Assembly (NCBI GenBank): GCA_043803405.1
Contig: JAZDKB010000003.1
Coordinates: 32,001-96,000 of the forward strand
Source: Spirochaetota bacterium
GTDB lineage: Bacteria; Spirochaetota; UBA4802; JAFGDQ01
Direction of reading: 5' to 3'
Length of the DNA stretch: 64,000 bases
Made by a program: the position numbers and the translations under genes. Below the pieces are notes generated by a model that worked only from the letters and a program-made list of their open reading frames with translations, ran no database searches and was not told the DNA's origin. This document shows positions 30,719-40,910 of this stretch, piece after piece (the stretch's first letter is position 1; every line of letters begins with the position of its first letter).

Positions 30719-30801
30719 TGTCATTTCGAACGCATGTGAGAAATCTAAAATTTATTTCATATTAAGGATTTCTCAGTCGCTATCGCTCCTTCGAAATGAC
30801 A
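30719..30801. repeat. REP-like palindrome (TGTCATTTCGAA family)
   Basis: tgtcatttcgaa / ttcgaaatgaca perfect 12-bp IR with inner tgagaaatc / gatttctca. Confidence 0.65.
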
Positions 30802-30879
30802 AATACACTATTTCAATCGTTAACATCTGTAAGATATTTTAGCAACAGGCCGGGACAATTATTTATGGAGAGCAGTCCA

Positions 30880-31335
30880 ATGGACGATAAAATTTTACAA
30901 ATAGCAACCAACAAAAAAGCCAGGTTTGAATACGAGATATCCGATACGTTTGAGGCGGGTATTGTTTTGACAGGCACCGAGGTTAAGGCTCTGCGGATGA
31001 AAAAAGTAAATATAGAAGACTGTTACGCAAGGATAAATAACGGGGAAATATTTGTAATCGGCATGAATATTTCCCCTTATGAGAAAGGGAATCGTTTTAA
31101 TCACGAACCCGAGAGGGAAAGAAAAATGCTGATGCATAAACATGAGATCAGAAGGCTTACAGGAAAGTTAAAGGAAAAAGGATTTACACTTGTCCCGCTT
31201 AAGATGTATTTTAAAAACGGGAAAGTAAAGGTTTTACTGGGTCTGGGGAAAGGGAAAGCGAAGTATGATAAAAGACAAGCTATTCAGAAAAGGGATATGG
31301 ACAGAGAAATGCAGAGAGAGTGGCGGAACAAATAA
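30880..31335 (+). CDS. smpB: SsrA-binding protein
   Basis: NKKARFEY, EAGIVLTGTEVKA, GKGKAKYDKR; start placed at ATG 30880. Confidence 0.96.
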   Translation: MDDKILQIATNKKARFEYEISDTFEAGIVLTGTEVKALRMKKVNIEDCYARINNGEIFVIGMNISPYEKGNRFNHEPERERKMLMHKHEIRRLTGKLKEKGFTLVPLKMYFKNGKVKVLLGLGKGKAKYDKRQAIQKRDMDREMQREWRNK

Positions 31336-31342
31336 ACTATTA

Positions 31343-32392
31343 TCAATTCATTATTTCAAAAATTGATGGGGCTTTATCCTTAAGGGAATCTATCATTTCA
31401 AAGAATTTAACCGAATCGACTATATAATAATTACCGGAATATTTTATCACAGCTTTGCCGCAGCATTCCCCCTTGAGTTCGTAAGAGAACGGGATTTTCC
31501 GTGCGTATGACTTTTCGTAATCAAGACCCCAAAAACCGTTCCTGTTCTCGAAAAGCAAACCGGATGAAAAAAATTCAACATCCAGCAGATTTTCGAATTG
31601 AAACAGATTCTTTATTTTCATAGACGGGACAGACAGTCTTGCCAGTACGTATTTTCCTGCATTCCCTGTAATATAATACAGTTCATTATACCTGAGCAGC
31701 AGTTTATTGGAGCTTAAACTTAAATTTTGTATAACTGCCGAATTGCTGTTTAAATCGAAAATATTATAGTTATATTTTCCTGCTATACCAACAGCAGTGC
31801 CTAATAGATTTCCGGCCCTGTACATATACACTTCGTAGCTTTCTTTATCGGAAAACGAATTGGATTTATCGGGCATTAATAGTCTTTCAGTATCGGTAGC
31901 CTGGTCGTAAATAAAAATTCCTTTATTCTTATAATAATATATATTTTCGCTGCTGATAATAAATGCCTTAATTTGTTTATCATCCGGTGTAGGCCCGCAT
32001 GTTTTAACCAAACTGCCTTCAGAATTATAAATCCTGATATCAGTTCCGTTTGATAATCCCAGTTTCCCGGCGTCCTGATCATAACTGACAATATTGTAAT
32101 TATCAGCCAGCTCCAGTTCCATCTCCAGCGGCCAGATAATTTTAAGTATTTTTTTTTGCCTGCTGAATAAAACATTATGTCCGTAAGATAATCGGTTTTC
32201 ATTTACTTTTTTTATGCTGGATGCAATGACAAGTCCCTCTTCAATACAGCTGGCAGCTTTTGCAATCTCACCGTTATTGTATAACTCCAGGCCTTTATTT
32301 ATTTTTTTTTCTGCATCCTGTGAACAGCCAAAAATAAAAGCTGCACATATTATAAAATAAAAATATTTTTTTATATCGTATAATGGGATCAT
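31343..32392 (-). CDS. Putative lipoprotein, possible beta-propeller
   Basis: Lipobox-like IFGC followed by a beta-rich sequence. Confidence 0.6.
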   Translation of the reverse strand: MIPLYDIKKYFYFIICAAFIFGCSQDAEKKINKGLELYNNGEIAKAASCIEEGLVIASSIKKVNENRLSYGHNVLFSRQKKILKIIWPLEMELELADNYNIVSYDQDAGKLGLSNGTDIRIYNSEGSLVKTCGPTPDDKQIKAFIISSENIYYYKNKGIFIYDQATDTERLLMPDKSNSFSDKESYEVYMYRAGNLLGTAVGIAGKYNYNIFDLNSNSAVIQNLSLSSNKLLLRYNELYYITGNAGKYVLARLSVPSMKIKNLFQFENLLDVEFFSSGLLFENRNGFWGLDYEKSYARKIPFSYELKGECCGKAVIKYSGNYYIVDSVKFFEMIDSLKDKAPSIFEIMN

Positions 32393-32438
32393 AGTTATTT
32401 CTGCTTTTTACATATATTTGTTTTTATTACGACTCATC

Positions 32439-32801
32439 TTATCCGAATATTTTTTGTCTGAAAAGAAAAAATACAGCGCCCAGCAGGCAAAGGCTGGCCC
32501 AGAGATAGTCAAGAGAGAGTTTCTCTTTCATATAGAGAGTCGCAAACGGAAAAAATATTGATAATGTAATAACTTCCTGAATTATTTTCAACTGTCCCAG
32601 AGTCATTGCTTCGTGTCCTATTCTGTTTGCAGGCACCTGAATAAGATATTCGAATAAGGCAATACCCCAGCTGGCAAGGGCTGCCACAATCCACGGCTTA
32701 TTGGATAAATTTTTTAAATGCCCGTACCATGCGAATGTCATAAAAACGTTGCTACAGCATAGCAATGAAATTGTTAAAACGTATTTACTCATAACAGTCA
32801 T
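32439..32801 (-). CDS. DMT-family small membrane protein (DUF486)
   Basis: SNVFMTFAWYGHLK, SWGIALFEY..QVPANRIG, QLKIIQEVITL. Confidence 0.88.
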   Translation of the reverse strand: MTVMSKYVLTISLLCCSNVFMTFAWYGHLKNLSNKPWIVAALASWGIALFEYLIQVPANRIGHEAMTLGQLKIIQEVITLSIFFPFATLYMKEKLSLDYLWASLCLLGAVFFLFRQKIFG

Positions 32802-32878
32802 CCTGTCAATTATTTTACATTTAAAGTGCAGTCAGAATCTGAATAGCACAGAAGGAAATATAATACTAAGAAAAAAGC

Positions 32879-35800
32879 TTATAATGCCTTTATATGAGTA
32901 TAGTATACGGCACCGGAACCCACAATGGACGACAACTCGGCTTTAAGCTTCTCGGAAGGCATTGTGTTAAAGGCATGATGCGCTTTGATCGTCTTCTTGT
33001 TCCCGCTATTGCCGTTTAAATGGAAGAATACGGGGCATCTGGTCCCGCCTGCCTGGTATTTTACAATAACGGATTTTAAGCTTCTCAGTATTTGTTCGTC
33101 GGGAGCTGCAGTATTAAAATTAATATGAATACCGGAAACGGAATCTCTTTTTGCATCTTTAAGGCTTTTAACATCACGCGCGATAATCTTTACAGCCGTG
33201 TCTTCTTCAAAATCTACTTTGCCTTTTATAACCAGGGGATCATCCGATTCAATAAGCTCACCGAACTTTTCATATACATTCGGAAAAAAAACCGCCTCAA
33301 TAATGCCGCCTGTATCTTCAATACTGCATGTACAGAAAACCTTCCCGTTCTTCGAAGTCCTTACCTTGAGATTGCTTATTATACCGACAACGGATATTTC
33401 TCCGCTTTTGTTTTGCCCGTCTATTTCCGCTATTGGGATAAACGGAAGGCCGGCCAGTTCTTCTTTATATTTTTCAAGCGGATGGCCGGATATGAACAAT
33501 CCGAGAACTTCCTTCTCGTAATTCAGTTTTTCTTTGCTGTTCCAGTCATCCGTGCCGGGCAAATTAATAGTAATATTCTCCGGATCCGGCTGTCCGTCGG
33601 ATTCAAAAAGACTGCCCTGCCCTGATGCTTTATCGATCTGCAGGTTTTTGGCAATCTCTGTAATAATATCTATCGAGTTAAAAAGCATAGCCCTGTTTCC
33701 GTATACCGAGTCCAGTGCCCCTGCCTTAATAAGAGCTTCGAGAACGCCCTTGTTAAGAACAGCAGTGTCTATATTCTCAAGGAATTCCTTAAGCGTGTTA
33801 AATCTGCCGAACCTGTTTCTCGATTGAATAATCGCGTCTATTACTTTGCTTCCAGCTCCTTTTATTGCGCCAAGCCCGAAGCGTATACACGACTCCTGAA
33901 CTGTAAAATCGTATTCGCTTGTATTGATATCAGGGGGCAGAACCAGTATGCCCATCGTTTTGCAGTCATTAATATACTGAATAATGTCTTCCTGCTTATC
34001 CGGCTGTGAGGACAGCAAAGCTGCCATGTATTCGATAGAATAGTTCGCTTTTAAATAAGCAGTCTGATAAGATATTACAGCATAGGCTGCTGAATGCGAT
34101 TTATTAAATCCGTATTCCCCGAATTCGCGCATAGCAGAATATATATCCTGAGCCAGCTTAATATCTATTTTGTTTTTAATTGCTCCGTCGAGAAAAGGCT
34201 TTTCCATTTTATCGACAATTTCCATTTTCTTTTTTCCCATTGCCTTTCGGAGCTTGTCCGCGTCGGGCATTGAGAATCCGCCCATTACCTGGGAAATCTT
34301 CATTACCTGTTCCTGGTACACAATAACGCCTAGCGTATCTTTCAGAATAGGCTCAAGGATCGCATGAGGGTATTTAATCTTTTTGGGATTCCGTTTTCTT
34401 GCTATAAAGTCTTTTGTCATGCCGGAGTTCAGCGGACCCGGCCTGTAAAGAGCAACGATCGCTATAATGTCTTCAAAGTCTGTCGGGCCAAGCTCGCGCA
34501 GAAGCTTTTGCATGCCCGAACTTTCAAGCTGGAACACACCGTTGGTATTCGCGTTTGCCAGCAGCCTGTATGTCTTTTTATCGTCCATAGGAATCTTTGC
34601 AATATCGACATCAATGCCCCTGTGCTTTTTAATAAGCTTTATGCACTTCTCAATAATAGTCAGGTTCTTTAAACCGAGAAAATCCATCTTAACCAGACCG
34701 GCTTTTTCAAGGTCGCCTTTTTCGAACTGGGAAGAGATGCTCCCGTCGCTCGAGTCCCTGTACAGCGGCACATGCTCGGTTATGGGTCCTCTCGATATTA
34801 CAACACCCGCAGCGTGCTTGCCTACCGAACGGCACAGCCCTTCAAGAGTGCGCGCGGTGTCGATATGCTTCTTCCACTCACTGTTTTCATTGTACAGCTT
34901 TCTGAATTCGGGCACATCTTTCAGAGTGTCTTCCAGATTGGAGAAGTTCGGGATCAGCTTGGTTACCTGGTTGGCATCGGCAAACGGGACATTCATTACG
35001 CGGGCAACGTCTTTCAGCACAGCTTTTGCCGTCAGCCTGTTGAAAGTATTGATCTGGCTTACATGATCTTCGCCGTATTTATTCTTTACATAATCTATTA
35101 TTTCTTCCCTGCGTTCTGCGCAGAAATCTATATCAATATCCGGCATTTCATTTCTGTCCGGATTCAGAAAGCGCTCAAACAGCAGGTTGTATTTCATCGG
35201 ATCAAGATCAGTAATCCTGAGGCAGTACGATACAACTGAACCTGCTGCCGAACCGCGACCCGGACCAACGGGAATGCTCATCCTCCTGGCCTGTTCAATA
35301 AAATCCCAGACAATTAAAAAATATCCGGCAAAATTCATTCCTGTTATTACTTTGAGTTCATATTCGATGCGTTCCTTTACGGCATCCGGTATCCCGTTCG
35401 GGAATCTTTTTTTAGCTCCTTCGTATACAAGATGCTTCAGGTACGAATCAAGAGTATAGCCATCAGGAACATTAAAATGAGGCAGGATAACGTTCCCGAG
35501 CGAAAGCTTAATATCAGTCATGTCCAGAATTTTCCTGGTGTTCAAAGCAGCTTCAGGATGATCGGGAAAGATTGCCTTCATTTCTTCGGCTGATTTAAAA
35601 TAAAACTGATCAGAGGAAAATTTCATCCTGTTTGCATCATCGAACGTTTTGCCGGTCTGTATGCAGAGCAGGATGTCGTGTGAATACGCATCGCTTTTTA
35701 AAAGATAATGACAGTCATTCGTTACTATTAAAGGGATATTAAGCGATTTTGATAATTTTATCAATTCCGCATTGGCAGTCTTCTGCTCCGGTATATTGTG

Positions 35801-36340
35801 ATCCTGTAACTCGAGGTAAAAATTATCCCTGCCGAACATTTCACTGAACTTTCCGGCCATTTTCCTGGCATCTTCATATTTGCCCTTTAAACAGAGCGAC
35901 GGTATTTCGCCTTTTATGCACGCGCTGGAACAAATGAGGCCGTCCTTGTGTTTTTCAAGGACTTCGTGGTCAATTCTGGGCTTATAATAAAAGCCTTCAG
36001 TGTAACCGATTGATGACAATTTAACAAGATTTTTATAACCGGCTTCGTTCTTCGCTATAAGAATTAAATGATACGAAGAATCTCTTCCTTTATTTTGTGA
36101 TTCTTTTTTAAAACGCGATTCAGGAGCTATATAGAATTCCTGGCCTATAACCGGCTTAATCCCGGCTTTTTTAGCCTCCTGATAAAATTCAATAGCGCCG
36201 AATAGGTTGCCGTGATCCGTAAGCGCGACGCCGGGCATTCCGAATTCGGCTGCTTTCGCGACCAGTTTTTTTACCCTTATTGCTCCATCCAGAACGGAAA
36301 AATCGGAGTGATTATGCAGATGTACAAAGTCCATGGGCAT
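32879..36340 (-). CDS. dnaE: DNA polymerase III alpha subunit
   Basis: FVHLHNHSDFS.LDG PHP domain, GRGSAAGS, MPDIDIDF, GFNKSHS; start likely 36340 or 36334. Confidence 0.97.
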   Translation of the reverse strand: MPMDFVHLHNHSDFSVLDGAIRVKKLVAKAAEFGMPGVALTDHGNLFGAIEFYQEAKKAGIKPVIGQEFYIAPESRFKKESQNKGRDSSYHLILIAKNEAGYKNLVKLSSIGYTEGFYYKPRIDHEVLEKHKDGLICSSACIKGEIPSLCLKGKYEDARKMAGKFSEMFGRDNFYLELQDHNIPEQKTANAELIKLSKSLNIPLIVTNDCHYLLKSDAYSHDILLCIQTGKTFDDANRMKFSSDQFYFKSAEEMKAIFPDHPEAALNTRKILDMTDIKLSLGNVILPHFNVPDGYTLDSYLKHLVYEGAKKRFPNGIPDAVKERIEYELKVITGMNFAGYFLIVWDFIEQARRMSIPVGPGRGSAAGSVVSYCLRITDLDPMKYNLLFERFLNPDRNEMPDIDIDFCAERREEIIDYVKNKYGEDHVSQINTFNRLTAKAVLKDVARVMNVPFADANQVTKLIPNFSNLEDTLKDVPEFRKLYNENSEWKKHIDTARTLEGLCRSVGKHAAGVVISRGPITEHVPLYRDSSDGSISSQFEKGDLEKAGLVKMDFLGLKNLTIIEKCIKLIKKHRGIDVDIAKIPMDDKKTYRLLANANTNGVFQLESSGMQKLLRELGPTDFEDIIAIVALYRPGPLNSGMTKDFIARKRNPKKIKYPHAILEPILKDTLGVIVYQEQVMKISQVMGGFSMPDADKLRKAMGKKKMEIVDKMEKPFLDGAIKNKIDIKLAQDIYSAMREFGEYGFNKSHSAAYAVISYQTAYLKANYSIEYMAALLSSQPDKQEDIIQYINDCKTMGILVLPPDINTSEYDFTVQESCIRFGLGAIKGAGSKVIDAIIQSRNRFGRFNTLKEFLENIDTAVLNKGVLEALIKAGALDSVYGNRAMLFNSIDIITEIAKNLQIDKASGQGSLFESDGQPDPENITINLPGTDDWNSKEKLNYEKEVLGLFISGHPLEKYKEELAGLPFIPIAEIDGQNKSGEISVVGIISNLKVRTSKNGKVFCTCSIEDTGGIIEAVFFPNVYEKFGELIESDDPLVIKGKVDFEEDTAVKIIARDVKSLKDAKRDSVSGIHINFNTAAPDEQILRSLKSVIVKYQAGGTRCPVFFHLNGNSGNKKTIKAHHAFNTMPSEKLKAELSSIVGSGAVYYTHIKAL

Positions 36341-36497
36341 AATGATTACAACCAGGGGACATAATTTCAAGCATAAAATTCCAAAAAAACGAGTCCGGGC
36401 TCCGATTTTTTTAAAGAATAATCCTTAAAAGATTGACATTGAATGCTAAATAAGTATAAATAAATTGATTCTTAATATTATAAATTCAGGACAGGAA

Positions 36498-36662
36498 ATG
36501 ATAGATACAAAGCTTCTTGATATTTTAGCGTGCCCTGCATGCAAAGGCGATGTGGAGTACGACACAAAAAACGAAAAATTAATCTGCATCGATTGCAAAA
36601 GAAAATACCCGGTCAGAGATGGGATTCCGGTAATGTTAATTGATGAAGCCGAAACAGAATAA
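36498..36662 (+). CDS. Trm112/YcaR-family small protein
   Basis: LLDILACPACKG...C..C...YPVRDGIPVML; preceded by TTGACA-N16-TATAAA at 36433-36460. Confidence 0.88.
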   Translation: MIDTKLLDILACPACKGDVEYDTKNEKLICIDCKRKYPVRDGIPVMLIDEAETE

Positions 36663-36845
36663 AACGTCCTTACCGCGTCTTTTGCTGCTGCGTCTTTATC
36701 TCTCAGAATATTATTTGCATATTTCTAATTGACAGAATATTTTTGTTTATAAATTACATTATATATGAACAGCCGGAAAAGGCAGGGTCGGAAACACGTT
36801 ATTTTATTCATGCAATTTTAATACAGACAAAACAGAGGTTAAACA

Positions 36846-37979
36846 ATGTTCGAATCAAAATCGCCGATGGTCAGAGTGGGAGCATATATCATCATCGGTT
36901 TTTTTACTTTAATAATAATTATATCGTTCGGTATGCCGGACTTTATGACCAAGCTTGGGATGGATGATAATGTAGTTGCAATAATCGACGGAGAAAAAAT
37001 CTACCGCCTGGAGTTTGTCAGATACAGGGAAAACATGGCAAGCCAGATCCCGAATGCGGATAAAAAGGAAATGCAGGACATGATCCTCAATAACCTGATA
37101 ATGAGAAAACTGATGCTGCAGAATGCGCATAAAATCGGAGTCGCTGTTTCGGACGAGCGTGTAATGAACAGCATTAAAAATATATTTAAAGACAAAAGCG
37201 GCAAGTTCAGCAAGGAATATCTGGACAGGTACCTGGCGCATTACCATCTGGGACTGCCCGACTTCTTTTTAACGGTAAAGGAAGACCTGATGCTGAACGA
37301 ATTCAGGCATCTGGTTTTTCAGGGAGTAGGCGTTTCCCCTGAAGAGGTTGCAACAGAATACAGACTGGAGAATTCCCATATACAGATAAAATATTGTTAT
37401 CTTTCAACATCTGATCTTAACAAAAGATTCAAAAACAGCATAAACGTAACTGAGAAGGAAATAGACGAAGAGCTGCAGAAAAGCAAAGATGAAATAAAAG
37501 ATCCCGCAACAGACAGGAAAAGAATCAGGGATAAGATCGAGAAAAATAAAATCGCAGCACTAAAGAATGATCTCATCAATAAAATCGACAAGCTGGCTGA
37601 AGGAAAAAAATCATTCGATGAAGCGGCCTCCAGTCTCGCAGGCGGAATATTCGTATCCGGTCTTTTTAAATTGGGCGATCCTGTAAAAGAAGGGGGCGGC
37701 AAAGGAAAAATGTTATACTCTTTCAGCAATTCCCCTATATTTAACGACAATTTATTGTCACTTGAAGCAGGAAGGACATCAAGGGCGATTGACGGGTTTG
37801 ACGGCATATATATATTTACGCCTGTGAGCAATGCTCTTATAACAAGAGAACCTTCCGCAAAGGAATACGCAAAAATGGAAGAAGAGCTTCTTGAACAAAA
37901 AAATAATTCGGTGTTTATGTCAATAATGTCGTCCATACGGGATAAAGCAAAAATTACCAGAAATTTAAAATTTAATTGA
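36846..37979 (+). CDS. SurA N-terminal domain / PpiD-like membrane-anchored chaperone
   Basis: N-terminal TM, VAIIDGEKI, LNNLI..KLMLQ.A...GV.VSDE. Confidence 0.75.
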   Translation: MFESKSPMVRVGAYIIIGFFTLIIIISFGMPDFMTKLGMDDNVVAIIDGEKIYRLEFVRYRENMASQIPNADKKEMQDMILNNLIMRKLMLQNAHKIGVAVSDERVMNSIKNIFKDKSGKFSKEYLDRYLAHYHLGLPDFFLTVKEDLMLNEFRHLVFQGVGVSPEEVATEYRLENSHIQIKYCYLSTSDLNKRFKNSINVTEKEIDEELQKSKDEIKDPATDRKRIRDKIEKNKIAALKNDLINKIDKLAEGKKSFDEAASSLAGGIFVSGLFKLGDPVKEGGGKGKMLYSFSNSPIFNDNLLSLEAGRTSRAIDGFDGIYIFTPVSNALITREPSAKEYAKMEEELLEQKNNSVFMSIMSSIRDKAKITRNLKFN

Positions 37980-38093
37980 TTATTCGGGATTCAGGATTTA
38001 TAATCATCAGGACTGAACGACAAAAAAAGAAATCCAATTATGTAAATTCAGGCAAATATATAACTTTGTAAATATTAATCATGAGGGAATAAT

Positions 38094-38567
38094 ATGAATG
38101 TTAATGCAGAGTACGTAAATCCGTTTCTTAAAGCTGCAAGCTCGGTTTTTAAATCCGTAGTAGGCGTGGATTTAAGAAGAGGGAAACTTGTCGTTAAAGA
38201 CAAACCTTCTCCGTCTCATGAGGTTGCAATAATCATAGGCATAACAGGAGGCATTCAGGGGGTTGTGGTTTACAGCCTTGCCATGAGTATGGTTTATAAA
38301 ATAGCGGATATCCTTATGCCGGGCTTATCTAAAGAACAAATAGACAGCGAATGGAAGGATATTATGGGCGAATTCGCGAACATGATTACCGGAAACGCAA
38401 TGAATCTATTTACCGACATAACAAAGGGCACACAGCAGGTTAACATAACTACGCCTACTGTAGTCGAAGGAAAGGAATTTACGATCTCTGCAATTCAGCA
38501 GACAACGCTTGGGATAAACCTGTACAGCCCTATGGGATCTCTGGAGATGAATGTCGCACTAAAATAA
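38094..38567 (+). CDS. cheX: Chemotaxis phosphatase CheX
   Basis: YVNPFL, IIGITG, GEFANMITGNA, ITTPTVV.G. Confidence 0.92.
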   Translation: MNVNAEYVNPFLKAASSVFKSVVGVDLRRGKLVVKDKPSPSHEVAIIIGITGGIQGVVVYSLAMSMVYKIADILMPGLSKEQIDSEWKDIMGEFANMITGNAMNLFTDITKGTQQVNITTPTVVEGKEFTISAIQQTTLGINLYSPMGSLEMNVALK

Positions 38568-38572
38568 GGCTG

Positions 38573-39436
38573 CTAATCAACAAACGCTTTACTGTAATAG
38601 GTAGTTTCAATATCCTTTAAGTTCTTTTTAACCTTGCTTAACAGGGGCGAATTATAAAAAAACGGGGCTTTCTCAACACCGGCCTTTTTTAAAAAGATTT
38701 TATATATCTTTCTTGCGATCCCGATATCTTTCAGCATTGCATCCTTTTCAAACACCTGTGCAATTACAAAATACGCGTCATCAATGGTTTCTCTCTTCCC
38801 GTAATTCTTAATTACTTTTATGGCAGCTTCAAGAGACTGGTTTCCTTTGTTATTTTTACAGTATAATTTGGCGATTGCGATAAGCGAATCGTCAGCCAGT
38901 TCATGATCCGGGAAAAGAGCAGGCACCCGGTAAAAGTACTCGATCGCCCCGGACTCGTCCCCCTTTTTCAGGTTTATCTCTCCTGTGTAAAAAAGCGCAG
39001 CAGGATATTCGCCTGATTCCTGGTTTATTGAAGCCAGTGTTTTTACGGCATCGCTGTAATTATTCTGCTGGGAATATATTTTCGACAGCCAGATGGAACT
39101 GATATCCCTGAACGAGCTGTCCGGATATTTTGTTTTTAATTCTTCAAATTTCTGCCTGGAATTTTCGTAAAGAGATGCCTCGAACAGCTGAATCCCGCTC
39201 TTTAACAGCGCCTCGTCAGGAGATGGGAAAGATGCGGATTTATTATTTTTGCTCTCCTTCCTGTCGTCCGTACCTGCGTTTTCCTTTTTTGCAGGAGCAG
39301 ATTTTGTTTCTTTTACCAACGCGTTCGAATTTATAATATTTTCAATTATATCTTCAAGCTCCCTGGACTCCACTGCGTACAAAGGAAACGCGAATAAAAG
39401 CGTCAGTATGGAACTAATGTATAATATCTTTTTCAT
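38573..39436 (-). CDS. Exported TPR protein (YbgF/BamD-like repeats)
   Basis: Signal peptide; repeated TPR pairs (KYPDS, FPDHELADDSL, IDDAYF). Confidence 0.7.
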   Translation of the reverse strand: MKKILYISSILTLLFAFPLYAVESRELEDIIENIINSNALVKETKSAPAKKENAGTDDRKESKNNKSASFPSPDEALLKSGIQLFEASLYENSRQKFEELKTKYPDSSFRDISSIWLSKIYSQQNNYSDAVKTLASINQESGEYPAALFYTGEINLKKGDESGAIEYFYRVPALFPDHELADDSLIAIAKLYCKNNKGNQSLEAAIKVIKNYGKRETIDDAYFVIAQVFEKDAMLKDIGIARKIYKIFLKKAGVEKAPFFYNSPLLSKVKKNLKDIETTYYSKAFVD

Positions 39437-39999
39437 TTATCAATGATCTTTGATTTAGGATCTATAGGACGGTTTTCTTTCACTGTTTTCCCGGTCATCT
39501 TTAGTTTAGGTATTTCCTTTTGAAGTTCCCGTACTTCAGACTTTTTAAACTTATCATCAGTTTTATCGACATCTGCGATTTTTTTGTTGTCCATAAAAGG
39601 CAATGGCTGTTTTTTAATATCTGAAGCAGGTTCAATGATTTTCGTATCCAGCTCTGTCTTTATTGTTTCATTAGCAGGAAACTCCGTTTTTTTTAGCTGC
39701 TTATCGGCTTTTTCTTCAATAAGCTCGGATTCGAGCAGAGACTTGAACCGCGATCTCTCCCTGCTTTTTTTAAAGCTGAAATCGAAGAGAGTGTTTGTGT
39801 CTTCAGTAAGCGGCTTGCCGAACTTTCTGGCAGAGCCCTTGCCCATGTTATACCCGATGTATATGCCTATTATGACCAGAATAAACACAAAGCCGTAAAA
39901 AGATGTCTTTATTATATTGACGGTCTTTTTATCAAAGCTGTCTATAAATCTGTTTATTATAATAATTATTTTATTTAATATGTTTATAATAAAGTTCAT
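39433..39999 (-). CDS. Hypothetical single-pass membrane protein
   Basis: One TM segment; ATGA overlaps with both neighbours. Confidence 0.65.
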   Translation of the reverse strand: MNFIINILNKIIIIINRFIDSFDKKTVNIIKTSFYGFVFILVIIGIYIGYNMGKGSARKFGKPLTEDTNTLFDFSFKKSRERSRFKSLLESELIEEKADKQLKKTEFPANETIKTELDTKIIEPASDIKKQPLPFMDNKKIADVDKTDDKFKKSEVRELQKEIPKLKMTGKTVKENRPIDPKSKIIDK

Positions 40000-40862
40000 T
40001 GCATTAAATCCGCTTTATCTATTATAAAGATCACCCTGCATTTTTTCAAATTATTTATTGTCTGCCGGCTGCTCAGAAGCCTGCGCGTATCTTTTTCCGA
40101 TATTACCGGGCAATTATTCAGGCCGTCAACAGCTGCGGCAAAGTAAGGAGAGTTTCCCGATCGAGCGTCTATAAAAGCCTGATCCTCATTATAGCAGTAC
40201 GACACCATGCCTCTCTTAACTGCTTGCGAGCTGTCGATGAATCGTCTTCCGAAAATCTCGAGCCCTGAATCGCTGTACACCGAAGGAAACAGCATAGGCT
40301 TGATATTGTGTCCGCGGCCGTCCACAATTAAAGCCGTGTAGGGAGTTGATATGGGGACTTCCGTTCTTACAGGGAAATCGTCCGACGGGTAATCGAAAGG
40401 CAGGGACGCAATAATGCTCCCGAAGTTCAGCTTTGCCTCACAGACCGACGAATCGAATTCCGCAGGATATTCCTTAAATACAACATTCTTGTTAATTTTG
40501 TCCGATATGCTTCTTTGTGTGTCGTTGCTTGTTTTCATAATATCCAGAAGGCTGTTTTGAGAATCGATCCGCATGCTTTTAATTGTATCAGCCATAATAG
40601 CTATGGCAAATTCCTTTGCGGAATTATAGTTGATCTCCCTTGCCCTGTTAAGCGGAATAGCTTTGCCTGTAAGCATGTCCACAGAGTCGCCTTCTTCGTT
40701 AAAGGCAATCTGCGACTTGCCCCTGGAAACAACATACCCCTTTTGCCAGTCTATTTTGCTTTTATATTTAAGCAATACTTCGTTCGCTGCGGATATCCCG
40801 CATAATATAAATAAAAATATTATGATAAAGATGCGAACGCCTGTACGATGACTGATTTTCAT
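39996..40862 (-). CDS. Hypothetical exported protein
   Basis: Signal peptide; IDWQKG, YTALIVDGRG, CRVIFII motifs of a conserved hypothetical family. Confidence 0.65.
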   Translation of the reverse strand: MKISHRTGVRIFIIIFLFILCGISAANEVLLKYKSKIDWQKGYVVSRGKSQIAFNEEGDSVDMLTGKAIPLNRAREINYNSAKEFAIAIMADTIKSMRIDSQNSLLDIMKTSNDTQRSISDKINKNVVFKEYPAEFDSSVCEAKLNFGSIIASLPFDYPSDDFPVRTEVPISTPYTALIVDGRGHNIKPMLFPSVYSDSGLEIFGRRFIDSSQAVKRGMVSYCYNEDQAFIDARSGNSPYFAAAVDGLNNCPVISEKDTRRLLSSRQTINNLKKCRVIFIIDKADLMQ

Positions 40863-40910
40863 ATTTCCGTGTAACTTTAAAGATAGTGTTTGGTTATAGA
40901 TATATATTAC

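Noticed and set aside
30400..31342. tmRNA next to smpB
   Set aside because: No tRNA-like ends or tag reading frame visible; only a REP-like palindrome
32302..32310. T9 homopolymer near the 5' end of a lipoprotein gene as a phase-variation tract
   Set aside because: A/T runs of 8-9 nt occur repeatedly in this AT-rich window, including in comEC and the EAL gene
32879..36340. Intein in dnaE
   Set aside because: Length (~1150 aa) and motif spacing are normal
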